Source: a virus (Duplodnaviria > Caudoviricetes). From it: a stretch of DNA of 37,815 bases. The stretch is taken from IMG/VR virus record IMGVR_UViG_3300006893_000015, positions 1 through 37,815 of that record; one strand, written 5' to 3'. The notes under the pieces were generated by a model, which searched no databases, was not told the DNA's origin, and saw nothing but the letters and a program-made list of their open reading frames with translations. Below, piece after piece: positions 18,472 to 27,806 of the stretch; positions within the stretch are counted from its first letter, which is position 1; each line of letters begins with the position of its first letter. Both the position numbers and the translations under genes were made by a program.

Positions 18472-19347
18472 ATGCTTTCCCTGGACGCACTCCGGTTAAT
18501 AACCGTGCAAGCGCTCAAGGGCGCGACGTGGGCGGGGGACCGGGTTTTCGATAGCCCGGCCACGGTTGCCGATTTGAGGATTGAGGCTGAGCGCCAGCCG
18601 TTCATTGCTGTCTTTGTCGACGAGGCTGATTCCGAGGGGATCGACCAGCCGACAGCAACATGTCCGCTGAATACCCGGCTCATAATCGAGGCGGGTGTTG
18701 CAAGCGCGATAACCTTTCAGCCGGCGACGGACGCCGGTGCGCCCGAGCCGCCGGTAACCGTTACGTCGCTTAACGATACGGACGCGGCGCTCGAAATGAC
18801 AATCGGGTTCCTGGCCGAGCAGGTTAGAGACGCGCTCATGAGTACCCACAATCCGTGGGCTGGGTTGTGGCGTGAATTGACCGGAGGCCAGCTTCGAAAG
18901 TTCGAGTGCGTTCGCGGTGGCCCGCAGACGGACGTGCAGCAAAAGCAACCGCAACGGTATGCTTCAAGGATTCAAATTTACCATACCGGCGTTCTAGCCA
19001 CGCCACCGCGCGGCACTGTACTGGAGGCCTTCTGGCTTAATTTCATCGAAATGGCGCTTGCAAATCAAGAGCTTGCTGGAATTGGTCAGTTAATGAAAGC
19101 GCATTTTACCTATCCGAGCGGCAACCTTCCGGTCTGGCGTATGGCTGAAAAATATCTCGGCGTGACGGCGGACGTCATTCGCGGCATCGGGATAGCGCCG
19201 GTCGAAGGATACGACGCTGATGTCGTCACCGAAGAGCCTGTTGTCCCGCTTAACGAGGTGAACTTTGATGAGCCGCCGTGGCCGATGGGATTTAGTTGGG
19301 CGTTCATTGACGTTGTCGAGGGCCATGATACTGGAGGAACATCATGA
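18472..19347 (+). CDS. Putative tail completion/terminator protein
   Basis: ALKGATWAGDRVFDS...PFIAVFVDE pattern; between neck and baseplate genes. Confidence 0.6.
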   Translation: MLSLDALRLITVQALKGATWAGDRVFDSPATVADLRIEAERQPFIAVFVDEADSEGIDQPTATCPLNTRLIIEAGVASAITFQPATDAGAPEPPVTVTSLNDTDAALEMTIGFLAEQVRDALMSTHNPWAGLWRELTGGQLRKFECVRGGPQTDVQQKQPQRYASRIQIYHTGVLATPPRGTVLEAFWLNFIEMALANQELAGIGQLMKAHFTYPSGNLPVWRMAEKYLGVTADVIRGIGIAPVEGYDADVVTEEPVVPLNEVNFDEPPWPMGFSWAFIDVVEGHDTGGTS

Positions 19348-19445
19348 GAAAACTCTTTGTGGCAGCCGTTCTGTTTGCGGCATTCCTTTTGATGGCGGCT
19401 TGTGCTGGCTTCTCGGAGTTTGCAAGCCGACACGGATTTAACTGA
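19344..19445 (+). CDS. 33-aa lipoprotein (absent from ORF track)
   Basis: GGAGG RBS; MRKLFVAAVLFAAFLLMAA-C lipobox; ATGA overlap. Confidence 0.65.
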   Translation: MRKLFVAAVLFAAFLLMAACAGFSEFASRHGFN

Positions 19446-19449
19446 AAAC

Positions 19450-20421
19450 GTGTCGTCAGAATTCGAGGCGCTCCTCGCGCGCGTCGCTAAATTGGAGCGA
19501 CGGGCGTCGCTTGAGAAGCGATCGGGGACCATCACCCACGCCGACGTCAAGAAAGGCTACCGCGTAGATTGGGGGCCCGGCTCTGACGGAAAGCCAATGC
19601 TTTCACCGTGGATCAAGCAGAGCTCTCACCACGGTTTTACTGTTGAACATACGCCTTTTGCGATCGGTCAGACGGTCATGTCGAAAGGCATGGACCCTGA
19701 AGGCATAACCGCCGTCGCTCATCCGCACAGCGAGTCCGATGCAAACCCGGCCGATAGCGCGAAAAGCCTGACTGTTCATACTTACCGCATTCGCAAGAAA
19801 CCAGGGACCACGCAAGAGCCTGCTAAGGATGACGATAAGGAAGACGTAACTCACCAACGAAGCTATGATAATTATCATACCGTTGTGGGGGAGAAGCTTA
19901 CGCGCAAAATCTCGCGCAAGGAAAAGCAGATACTCGATACCGTCGGCAAGGACGACACCATGCACGCTGCCGAGATTCAGCAAGAAAGCGGCCACACGCA
20001 CAGTGTCAACAATGGCAAGCACAAGATAACGATTCATCCCGATAAAGGCATTTCGCATAGTGTCGACAAGGATGACCATTTCATCAAGATTGACAGTAAA
20101 GGCATCACCCACTCGACGAAAGGCTCGATCACCAAGACGGCGAAGGATACTATTTCCGACGTTGCCAAGAACATAGTCCACAACGGCAACACGTCGATGC
20201 TCGGCGGCCTCGACGTCTCGAAGTTCATCAATGCCGGTCAGGGGGTGAGCGTTGGCGGGATCGGCATCAGCGCAGATGCGCCTGGCTTTAGGGTCGACCA
20301 TTCCGGCCGGGTGACGATGGTTCTTGAGCACTGCGCCGATGACAAGGCGGCGAAGAAGGCCGGACTTAGGATCGGCCAACTATATCGAACCGACAACGTG
20401 ATAAAAATTCGCACACGATAG
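19450..20421 (+). CDS. Baseplate spike protein (P2 gpV-like)
   Basis: GTITHADVKKGYRV...LSPWI...PFAIGQTV OB-fold pattern followed by beta-repeat region. Confidence 0.8.
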   Translation: MSSEFEALLARVAKLERRASLEKRSGTITHADVKKGYRVDWGPGSDGKPMLSPWIKQSSHHGFTVEHTPFAIGQTVMSKGMDPEGITAVAHPHSESDANPADSAKSLTVHTYRIRKKPGTTQEPAKDDDKEDVTHQRSYDNYHTVVGEKLTRKISRKEKQILDTVGKDDTMHAAEIQQESGHTHSVNNGKHKITIHPDKGISHSVDKDDHFIKIDSKGITHSTKGSITKTAKDTISDVAKNIVHNGNTSMLGGLDVSKFINAGQGVSVGGIGISADAPGFRVDHSGRVTMVLEHCADDKAAKKAGLRIGQLYRTDNVIKIRTR

Positions 20422-20431
20422 GAGAGCGACA

Positions 20432-20644
20432 ATGCCAATCATGACAAAAGCTAACCCGCCGGCGCCGAAGGTCGAGTATACGATACGTGATCCGAATTGC
20501 CGCGAGATTGCCGGCCAAGTTATTGCCGAAGGGCAAAAGACGATCTATCTGACCGAGGTTGAGGCGCAGTTCTTCCTTTCGAACGGTGGCCTGGCCCCGG
20601 TATATAGCGCCAGTCCTCCGAGGGCGCCGGAGCCACATGCCTGA
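20432..20644 (+). CDS. Small baseplate-region protein
   Basis: AGGAG RBS; 70 aa directly after spike gene. Confidence 0.6.
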   Translation: MPIMTKANPPAPKVEYTIRDPNCREIAGQVIAEGQKTIYLTEVEAQFFLSNGGLAPVYSASPPRAPEPHA

Positions 20645-21224
20645 TCGAGATCGCTACGTCTACGCGCTCTATGGAAGTGATGAAAACGTTCCTTGTTGGA
20701 TAGGTGTCGGCAAAGGGCGTCGTGTTCATCAGAGCGCAAGGCAGCGCGGCGGCGCGCGTTGGCGTAAGATTGTTGAAAACGCGACGCTCGATGAAGCGTA
20801 TGCCGTCGAGATTGCTTTGATCGCTCATTATGGGCGTCGCGATCTCGGGGCCGGTCCGCTGTTGAACAGGAACTCTGGCGGGGCAGGCGCGAAGGAATAC
20901 AGCGCGGAAACTCTCGCGAAGATGTCGGTAGCTATCAGGGCGTCGTGGACGCCTGAGCTTAGCGCCAGGAAATCAGAGGCCAATAGACGGCGGGTGTGGA
21001 CTGCCGAGAGTCTCAAGAAGCGGTCAGAGGCGAGTAAGGGGCGCCGTCCTATGCTTGGCAAGAAACATTCAGCCGCGACTCGCGCGAAGATGTCTGCATC
21101 GCACAAGCAACCGGAATGCGCTGCAATAATCGCCGAGGCTAACCGGAATAGAATTTGGACTGACGAAAGCCGCGCTAAGGTTGCTGCGGCTGTTCGTGCA
21201 AGGTATGCGGTGGGCCATGGTTGA
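20637..21224 (+). CDS. GIY-YIG-like/NUMOD3 homing endonuclease (apparently intact)
   Basis: YVYALY...WIGVGKGRR...EAYAVEIALIAHYGRRDLGAGPLLN; GKKHSAATRAKMS repeats. Confidence 0.85.
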   Translation: MPDRDRYVYALYGSDENVPCWIGVGKGRRVHQSARQRGGARWRKIVENATLDEAYAVEIALIAHYGRRDLGAGPLLNRNSGGAGAKEYSAETLAKMSVAIRASWTPELSARKSEANRRRVWTAESLKKRSEASKGRRPMLGKKHSAATRAKMSASHKQPECAAIIAEANRNRIWTDESRAKVAAAVRARYAVGHG

Positions 21225-21726
21225 CCATGTTCCATCTCTTGCAGAGTTTGAGCAATGGAGTCGCATTTGGCCCGTCGCCGACCAACACAAAATGCAGGCT
21301 CCCGTTCGCGTTGGCATGGACCGGCGGACCGGGAAAATAATCGTCGGCTGGACCCATGTCATGCAAAGCCTGGAGATGCTGTTCATGACGCGATACCATG
21401 AGCGCATTCTGCGGGAGTGGGTTGGTTCATTCGTCCCGCATCTTCTTGGCCAGAACATTACGGAGCCAACGGTTACGAGGTTTTGGTGGGCCATAATTTC
21501 GGCGATTGATCTTTGGGAGCCGAACTATTCCGTCAAGCAGATATTCTTGCAGGGGCCACGCGTCGTTAACCCGACGTCTTCGGACGGAATCCGGCGCGGT
21601 GAGATTTCATTCGCTCAGCAAGGAGTTTACATGCCAAGGGGCCATCTTTCTGATAAAACCCCAGAGACTCTCCGTGCCAGCGCAATTACAGGAAGAGGAG
21701 GAGAGTGGTCAGTATCTTCCCCATGA
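21217..21726 (+). CDS. Baseplate wedge subunit, P2 gpW / T4 gp25 family
   Basis: GMDRRTGK...HVMQSL..LFMT...RILREWVGS...AIDLWEP. Confidence 0.88.
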   Translation: MVDHVPSLAEFEQWSRIWPVADQHKMQAPVRVGMDRRTGKIIVGWTHVMQSLEMLFMTRYHERILREWVGSFVPHLLGQNITEPTVTRFWWAIISAIDLWEPNYSVKQIFLQGPRVVNPTSSDGIRRGEISFAQQGVYMPRGHLSDKTPETLRASAITGRGGEWSVSSP

Positions 21727-21842
21727 CTGATGAGGAAAGGCGCGCCAAAAGGAAGGGGCGTCACCCCAAACGATTGCGAAAAGAGTCGCGGCTACACGCA
21801 TCACAAAGGCTGCGCGAAGGGGTGCGTTATGAGTTTCAATAG
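21723..21842 (+). pseudogene. Basic 39-aa ORF, possible endonuclease N-terminal remnant
   Basis: MTDEERRAKRKGRHPKRLRKE resembles the MSPEEREIRQRE start of the 7470 HNH; ATGA-coupled to gpW/gp25. Confidence 0.35.
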
Positions 21843-22893
21843 ATTTTCGCCGGTCGACCCAAACACACTGCCTATGATTTCGTTAGTGGAGATTCCTGAT
21901 GTAGAAGTGTTAATTAAAACGCGGATGCTAGAAACAAAAAAGAGGTGGGAATTTTATGACCCACCTATGGGTGCGCTTTATGATGTCGAGAATTTAGAGT
22001 TTGACCCCATAAAGATAGTACACGAGGCGGGCGCCTCGTCGGAACTAAATGCGCTCTCGTTCGTAAATGCCATGGGCAAAGCAACTACCCTGGCGTTTGC
22101 CGTTGGCGGTGATCTTGATGCGCTGGCGTCGCGCTACCCGAATGGCGTCCCGCGCCTGATCGACGCGCTTGGCAACCCCGAGTCCGATGACCGCTATCGC
22201 TACCGGATTTGGCTCTCCTCGAACGCCTTCTCGACGGCGGGCTCTGCCCTCGCCTATGTGTTCCAGGCACTCACGGCGGTTCCTGAACTTCGCGACGCGA
22301 CCGCAATTTGTCGGCGCGATTCGTTTGAACACGAGCCGCAGGTGATCATCACTTGCTTGCTCGAAGGGCCTGATCCGATTCCGTCGACCGACCAAATCCT
22401 CGCCGTCCGGGCACGCTGTACCGACAAGAGCATTGGCCCGCTGACCGACGTTGTCAGTGTGGTCGCGGCCCAGGTCATTTCGGTCGACTACCGTGTTCGT
22501 GTCTGGTTCTATCTTGGTGCTGATCGAGCGGCATCGCTGGCCGCGATCAATGCCGCGATTGCCAAGATGATCGACAACCAGAAATATCTCGGGTTCTCGA
22601 ACACACTCGCCGCCGTCTATGCGGCTTGCGAGCAGTATGGCGTTTCAAACACGATCATCGACGAGCCCGGCGGTGACGTCATGGCCGACGAAACGCAAGT
22701 TGTTCTCGTGAATTCTGTGACCATCGACGCGCGCGACGAGCTTGCCTTCCCGCAAAACCGGATCGTCGTCGCCGGGATGGCTGATTCCACGGAGGCGTCC
22801 GACGTTGCTGGCATTTTCGTTTTCAATTTGACGGAAAGTTTTATCGTCTTTGCAGCGGTCGAGAATGGGGACACCGCTTTCGGCTTTAATTAA
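21829..22893 (+). CDS. Baseplate J-like protein with two C-terminal 21-aa-type repeats
   Basis: LAFAVGGDLDALA, ESDDRYRYRI, FSTAGSALAY, PLTDVVSV; tail ADSTEASDVAG and FAAVENGDTAFG. Confidence 0.92.
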   Translation: MSFNRFSPVDPNTLPMISLVEIPDVEVLIKTRMLETKKRWEFYDPPMGALYDVENLEFDPIKIVHEAGASSELNALSFVNAMGKATTLAFAVGGDLDALASRYPNGVPRLIDALGNPESDDRYRYRIWLSSNAFSTAGSALAYVFQALTAVPELRDATAICRRDSFEHEPQVIITCLLEGPDPIPSTDQILAVRARCTDKSIGPLTDVVSVVAAQVISVDYRVRVWFYLGADRAASLAAINAAIAKMIDNQKYLGFSNTLAAVYAACEQYGVSNTIIDEPGGDVMADETQVVLVNSVTIDARDELAFPQNRIVVAGMADSTEASDVAGIFVFNLTESFIVFAAVENGDTAFGFN

Positions 22894-22904
22894 GCGAGGC
22901 GGCC

Positions 22905-25900
22905 GTGACGGTAAAAACTTTCTGGTTTTTAGCTACCGCAGCTGACGGGATAAATTTCTGGGGCGGGCTCCAAGATGGGGGAAGCTCGCCAACGGCGGCT
23001 GATCCGTCAGGCTGGCAAGTTGGCCAAGCCGCGTCCGCACGTTATTCGTACATGTCGGCGCTCTCACAGCGGAGCACCGGCTCTTTCACGACATCGTCGC
23101 AGCTTACAGCGCAGCCATCAACCCTTCGCTGGGATGCCTGGCGTACGGTTGCGCCTATAACTGGCAATTTCGCCGCAGGGGACTGGTTCATCATTACGCG
23201 GGTTCGCGCTGAATCCACCGCGACTGGCCAGCGCGGTCATTTTCAGACGCGGGTGTGGGCTTCCGTAAACGCTAACGGGTCAAGCGCCCGGGAGATTACA
23301 AGCGGGGTTGTCGCCGGTAACGAATATCCGGCAATCACCGCCATCAACACAGGGTATGACGCCCAGACGCAATGGTCGGCCCCGGCCTTCTCGCTCAACA
23401 ATGAATACCTATTTTTTCAGCAAGAATGGGTTATCGACGTTGTAGGCACGTCAGACTTTTGCGACGTGTGGGTTCGGGTCGGCGCTAACTCATCCATCAC
23501 AACCTCGGACTTTTCTCTCGGCAACACGCTCGCCGCGACGGAGGGCGCGGATACAGCGGCGCTCGCCGGCTCTGTCGAGTGGGATGCGTCTCTTGCGTCG
23601 GCCGAAAGCGCCGATGTAGCCGCGCTTTCTGGTGTCGTTGCTTCGCCGGCAACAATCGCTGTCGTTGAGGCGTCCGACTCGGCGGCATGGGTTGGGTTAC
23701 TGTCGGCTTACGGGCCGCTCGCGGCGGCCGAGGGCGTCGACGTTGCTACCTCGTCCGTCCTCGTCGCATGGTCCGCATCGCTGGCAGCAACCGATGGCGG
23801 CGATAGCGCGATCGCGTCCTGCTTTGTCACATGGCGGGCTACGCTTGCCGCGACCGATGGCGCTGATGCGGCTTCGGCCGTTGGCAGCACCAAATGGCTT
23901 GTTACAATTGCCGCCGCTGACGGGCCAGATGCGGCACTTTTTTATGCCGTTGAGATTGATTTCAGCTCGCTCGCCGCAATCGAAGACCCGGACACGGCAT
24001 CGTTTTCCGTGTCGCGGTTCAACCCGTGGGCTCTCATAGCCGTTGAGGACCCGGACAGCGCGGCGCTTGCCGGGCTTGTTGCCGCCTTCGGGCCGCTATC
24101 CGTCGGCGAGGGGGCTGACAGCGCGGCGCTTACGGGCGGCATCTTCGGCGCCGGGGCAATCGCTGCAATCGAGGATGCGGACAGCGCGGCTTTTGCCGGG
24201 CTTGCCGTAACGGCGGTCTCCTTTGCCGTCGTCGAAAACATCGACACGGCTTTTTGTCTTGGCACCGCAGCACTTGATGTTGCGCTAGTCGTCCTTGAGG
24301 CGCCAGACAACTTCGGCGGCGTGGCGCTTCTTCCCTCCTTCGGCCCGCTGGTCGTCGTTGAGGCTCCTGATCAAGCGTCGGTCGCAGTGATGACCGGGGC
24401 TGTCTGGCCGCGCAACGCCATTGATGTTGTAGCGGTCGAAGACTTTGACGCGGCGGCGATCCAGGTTGCCGCCGGGCCTATCGGGAATCTCGAATATCAG
24501 GGGGTTGGCGGGAAGCTTCTTTATACCGCGTCGAGCCCGCTAGAGCGTGCGCTCGCGGACGTTGAAGTCGCGCATATGATGGCGACGCCGGCGAGGCTTA
24601 TCACCGAGAACCTCGATCCATGGGAGGTCGAGTCGCGAAACCTTGTCTTTCTTGCTTACGGTATGGGGGTTACTCTTTGGGAGCCGGCATGGTCGGACAC
24701 GACACGCCGGGAATGGGTCGCTAATCAATGGCTGTTTAAGCAGGGGGTTGGCTCGCTGCCGGCCTATCGCATGGCGCTTGACGCGAGTGAATACGACATC
24801 ACCGATTACATCACACCTCCTGGCGGATTCTTTGTTTCGCGTGACCTGACCGTCGAGGAGACAAACGACTGGCTTCGCCGGATGCCGCAAATCCGGATCA
24901 AGTTTGCGTCGAAGACTGGCGTTGATTTGGAAATGTTTGCCTCGCCGGATGGAGGTGCCTTAGCAACGGTTGGGCCTAACGGGCCAATCCCCGAAATACC
25001 GGGGGCTGACGTCTCGTTTTGGTTTGACGCATTCCTAGGGATCGACGATGGCCGCGCCCTCTACGGCAACATCGCGGTCCTCCGGTATGGTGACGGCCAT
25101 GAGGTCCCGCTCGAAATGTGGGATCGCGTCGATACCTCAAAGAATGTGAACGAACAAGTTTTCGAACAGCTTTCCGTGCCGGCATTCTTGCCGACAGCGT
25201 TCTTCTTAGGCGAAGATTTTCTCGAAGACGATGGCAACTATGTATCGCACGACGACGGCGAGGGGCGAATATACTCGTTTATTGTTCCGGAGGTCGTGAA
25301 CGTCTCGACGTCCGAGTTCGCGATGACGCCGCTCGTGCCAGGCCTGGAACCTCTCTCACCGCGCTATGAGATCAACAGCGATGTCGAATATGACCTAATC
25401 CCGAGCGCCTTCGCTAATGATTGGACGCTCGACGTAGAGTACTTGACGCCAGACGACGGCGGCCTGCTTCTCGCGCATCAAATGTATCTTCTAGACCCGT
25501 CTGTTTCAGCCGCGATGAACGAGGGGATTTCGTTTGTCGACGACGCGCGCATCGGGATTCCGTCCGACTACGCAGAGCTGGCGATCGACACTCATACACT
25601 GCTTCCTGAGAATACTTTCATCCTGAATGATTCTTGGATGGATGATGGGTACGCGGCGCCCGAGGACCTAACCGACTTCGATCGCGCTTGCCGCGCTGTT
25701 GTGGCAGCAAAGGCTCTTCGCGATACTATCCTTGTGTGCTTCGAGCCATTTGTTGATAGCGAGGGTTTCAAATCTAGTACTTCGGAAGAAAGTGGGCAGT
25801 ACGCGCTCGCTCCCATGGTTGAGGAACAGGATGCTGTTTCAGCTAATTGCACGGCGTTCTGGTCCGCCACACTTGTGGCAAGTGACACTGGAGATCTGGC

Positions 25901-26264
25901 ATTCTTCCCCGGTGGCACCGGGGGTGTTATGGCGCTCTTGGCTACTGAAACAAGCGATGCTTTGGCCTGGGACGGCACAGTACCCGTCACGATCACTTAC
26001 GCAAGTCTGATTGCTCCTTTGCCTACCAGTGACCCGCTCGCCGTTGGGGCGTTGTGGCTGGATGGTGGTGAGGTTGCAATCTCAGGGTGGGCTAGTTCAT
26101 TGATACTGCTCCCTACTTCTCCGCCGTCATTCCCGGCGTTGTGGAACAATAGCGGGTTCCTTGATATTTCAGACTTTACCGATCCTTCGATTCCGCTCCC
26201 GTCGACACTTCCTGGCGCGAGCGGCCAATTCTGGAACAACGCCGGGCGTGTGTCAGGGACCTGA
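22905..26264 (+). CDS. Multidomain P2 gpI-like tail protein with 21-aa repeats
   Basis: gpI motif SPLERALAD...LDPW...LVFLAYGMGVTLWEPAWS at about 24520-24800; 15 repeats before, 3 after; follows J. Confidence 0.85.
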   Translation: MTVKTFWFLATAADGINFWGGLQDGGSSPTAADPSGWQVGQAASARYSYMSALSQRSTGSFTTSSQLTAQPSTLRWDAWRTVAPITGNFAAGDWFIITRVRAESTATGQRGHFQTRVWASVNANGSSAREITSGVVAGNEYPAITAINTGYDAQTQWSAPAFSLNNEYLFFQQEWVIDVVGTSDFCDVWVRVGANSSITTSDFSLGNTLAATEGADTAALAGSVEWDASLASAESADVAALSGVVASPATIAVVEASDSAAWVGLLSAYGPLAAAEGVDVATSSVLVAWSASLAATDGGDSAIASCFVTWRATLAATDGADAASAVGSTKWLVTIAAADGPDAALFYAVEIDFSSLAAIEDPDTASFSVSRFNPWALIAVEDPDSAALAGLVAAFGPLSVGEGADSAALTGGIFGAGAIAAIEDADSAAFAGLAVTAVSFAVVENIDTAFCLGTAALDVALVVLEAPDNFGGVALLPSFGPLVVVEAPDQASVAVMTGAVWPRNAIDVVAVEDFDAAAIQVAAGPIGNLEYQGVGGKLLYTASSPLERALADVEVAHMMATPARLITENLDPWEVESRNLVFLAYGMGVTLWEPAWSDTTRREWVANQWLFKQGVGSLPAYRMALDASEYDITDYITPPGGFFVSRDLTVEETNDWLRRMPQIRIKFASKTGVDLEMFASPDGGALATVGPNGPIPEIPGADVSFWFDAFLGIDDGRALYGNIAVLRYGDGHEVPLEMWDRVDTSKNVNEQVFEQLSVPAFLPTAFFLGEDFLEDDGNYVSHDDGEGRIYSFIVPEVVNVSTSEFAMTPLVPGLEPLSPRYEINSDVEYDLIPSAFANDWTLDVEYLTPDDGGLLLAHQMYLLDPSVSAAMNEGISFVDDARIGIPSDYAELAIDTHTLLPENTFILNDSWMDDGYAAPEDLTDFDRACRAVVAAKALRDTILVCFEPFVDSEGFKSSTSEESGQYALAPMVEEQDAVSANCTAFWSATLVASDTGDLAFFPGGTGGVMALLATETSDALAWDGTVPVTITYASLIAPLPTSDPLAVGALWLDGGEVAISGWASSLILLPTSPPSFPALWNNSGFLDISDFTDPSIPLPSTLPGASGQFWNNAGRVSGT
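23529..24480 (+). repeat. About 15 copies of the same 21-aa coding repeat
   Basis: LAATEGADTAALAGSVEWDAS etc.; same consensus as 14906-17173. Confidence 0.88.
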
Positions 26265-26266
26265 CG

Positions 26267-27643
26267 ATGAAAAGATTTGTTTTGGCCGTCCTTCTTTTCT
26301 TGGTTCCATGGAGCGCCTTCGCGCAGTCGTACCCGCATGAGCCGCAAAGCGAGGGGCTGAACGTCACTGGTGCCAATGCTGGAGCCATTCATGGGGGCGC
26401 CGTCAACAATCTTTTCGCGGCGCCGCCGACAATCGGTGGCGGGTTGTTTTTCGGGTCGACTTACGGCGTGTCCTCAACGAATGCAGACAATGCAGCTTTC
26501 ATAAATGCAGCAGAAGCAGATGCCTATGCGGCCGGTGGCGGCGAAGTTTTCCTTCCCGTTGGCGTAATTAAGTCCGGCCAAATTAGTAAATTATCCAAGG
26601 TACACCTTAAAGGCTTTGCGCGCGATTCGACAGTTATCAAATTAATAAACGGGGCGAACACCGACCTTGTTCTCGGTCTTGGCTCCAATGCTCTGTGGGG
26701 GACAAACAGTACTGGTGGGACAACGAATTGGGAGATATCGGACTTAACACTTGACGGCAACATGGCCAACAATACGTCAGGAAGCTGCCTTGCTGTCTAT
26801 GCGTATAAGTACAGACTTACCAACATAAAGATACAGAACTGCGCAAATTATGGATGGCGCTCAGAGTGGTCTAGTGTTGGTACAGTGGCGCCGGACGCTG
26901 AAGTCAGTGATGTTTTCATCCAAACTACGGGTTGGGATGGGCACAGCTTCAACGGGCCAAGCGATAGCAACATTCATGACCTTGTAATTGCCGACGCCGG
27001 CACGGCGACAAGCCATACTTATGCTGGCCTGCATATTGTCGGGAGTGGTGCCAGGTGGTCAGGCGTTCATGTGTACCATATCTCAGCAACAAATTTGATG
27101 AAGTATTGTCTCAACGACAGCGGGGCTGGTTCGCAATTTGAAAACAGTCACTTTGAGGGTTGTGACATTCCAGGTTATCTTAATGGACCGTCATCACAAT
27201 ATGCTGATACAGTTTTGTTCTTTAATACACTGACTGGCCCGGATGTGATTATCAATCAGCCGATAGTGTTCAAGGGCACAATAATCGCTGGTCCGTTTGA
27301 TGTAGTGCACACAGGAATCGTGATTGGAGACGGAACAGGCAACGCCGGAAGCTACGTCATCGACAGCCAAGTGTTCGGCAATATGACGAACATCGCTGAT
27401 TTCACGCATGACCTCGGGAATGGGAAAGCACGCATCACTGCGTTTTGCTTCTCCACAACATGCAATGTTGCCGGGACTCCTGCATGGAGCGATCAGATTG
27501 AAATTCAAGCGGTCGGGTCGGTGGGCGCGTCGCCTTATCTGTTTCAATTCCCAACATTAGCTCTTCCGGCGATGCCAACAAGCTGCACGGGGAAACCCGC
27601 GGGGACACTTTGGAATAGTTCTGGGACTGTGCACGTTTGCTGA
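26267..27643 (+). CDS. Pectate-lyase-like beta-helix protein (tailspike/depolymerase-like) with signal peptide
   Basis: DNAAFINAA...GGGEVFLPVG...LKGFARDSTVIKL...ISDLTLDGN; N-terminus MKRFVLAVLLFLVPWSAFA-Q; visibly more AT-rich core. Confidence 0.85.
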   Translation: MKRFVLAVLLFLVPWSAFAQSYPHEPQSEGLNVTGANAGAIHGGAVNNLFAAPPTIGGGLFFGSTYGVSSTNADNAAFINAAEADAYAAGGGEVFLPVGVIKSGQISKLSKVHLKGFARDSTVIKLINGANTDLVLGLGSNALWGTNSTGGTTNWEISDLTLDGNMANNTSGSCLAVYAYKYRLTNIKIQNCANYGWRSEWSSVGTVAPDAEVSDVFIQTTGWDGHSFNGPSDSNIHDLVIADAGTATSHTYAGLHIVGSGARWSGVHVYHISATNLMKYCLNDSGAGSQFENSHFEGCDIPGYLNGPSSQYADTVLFFNTLTGPDVIINQPIVFKGTIIAGPFDVVHTGIVIGDGTGNAGSYVIDSQVFGNMTNIADFTHDLGNGKARITAFCFSTTCNVAGTPAWSDQIEIQAVGSVGASPYLFQFPTLALPAMPTSCTGKPAGTLWNSSGTVHVC

Positions 27644-27669
27644 TTCTCTAGGCCCCAAGCCAGGAACGA

Positions 27670-27745
27670 TTATGTGACCTCGGCGCAGCGTTTGGCGTAC
27701 ATCTTTTCGCGGCCCGTACACATACCGATCGCGTCTGTTTTCCAT
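27670..27745 (-). pseudogene. Collapsed remnant of a GIY-YIG-like endonuclease gene
   Basis: MENRRDRYVYG start matches paralog N-termini, joined out of frame to REKMYAKRCAEVT*. Confidence 0.55.
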
Positions 27746-27751
27746 GCCGCC

Positions 27752-27779
27752 AATATGGTTACTTGACGGCACGATGCAA
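27752..27779 (-). promoter_or_regulatory. Putative leaderless antisense promoter
   Basis: TTGCAT-N16-CATATT, 6 nt before ATG 27745. Confidence 0.45.
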
Positions 27780-27806
27780 CACGCAAGCAATAAAGGAGAA
27801 TAGCAA

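Noticed and set aside
14906-24480. CRISPR array or diversity-generating retroelement TR/VR pair in the 63-bp repeats
   Set aside because: Repeats are coding and diverge at synonymous sites rather than only at adenines; no spacers, cas genes or reverse transcriptase in the window
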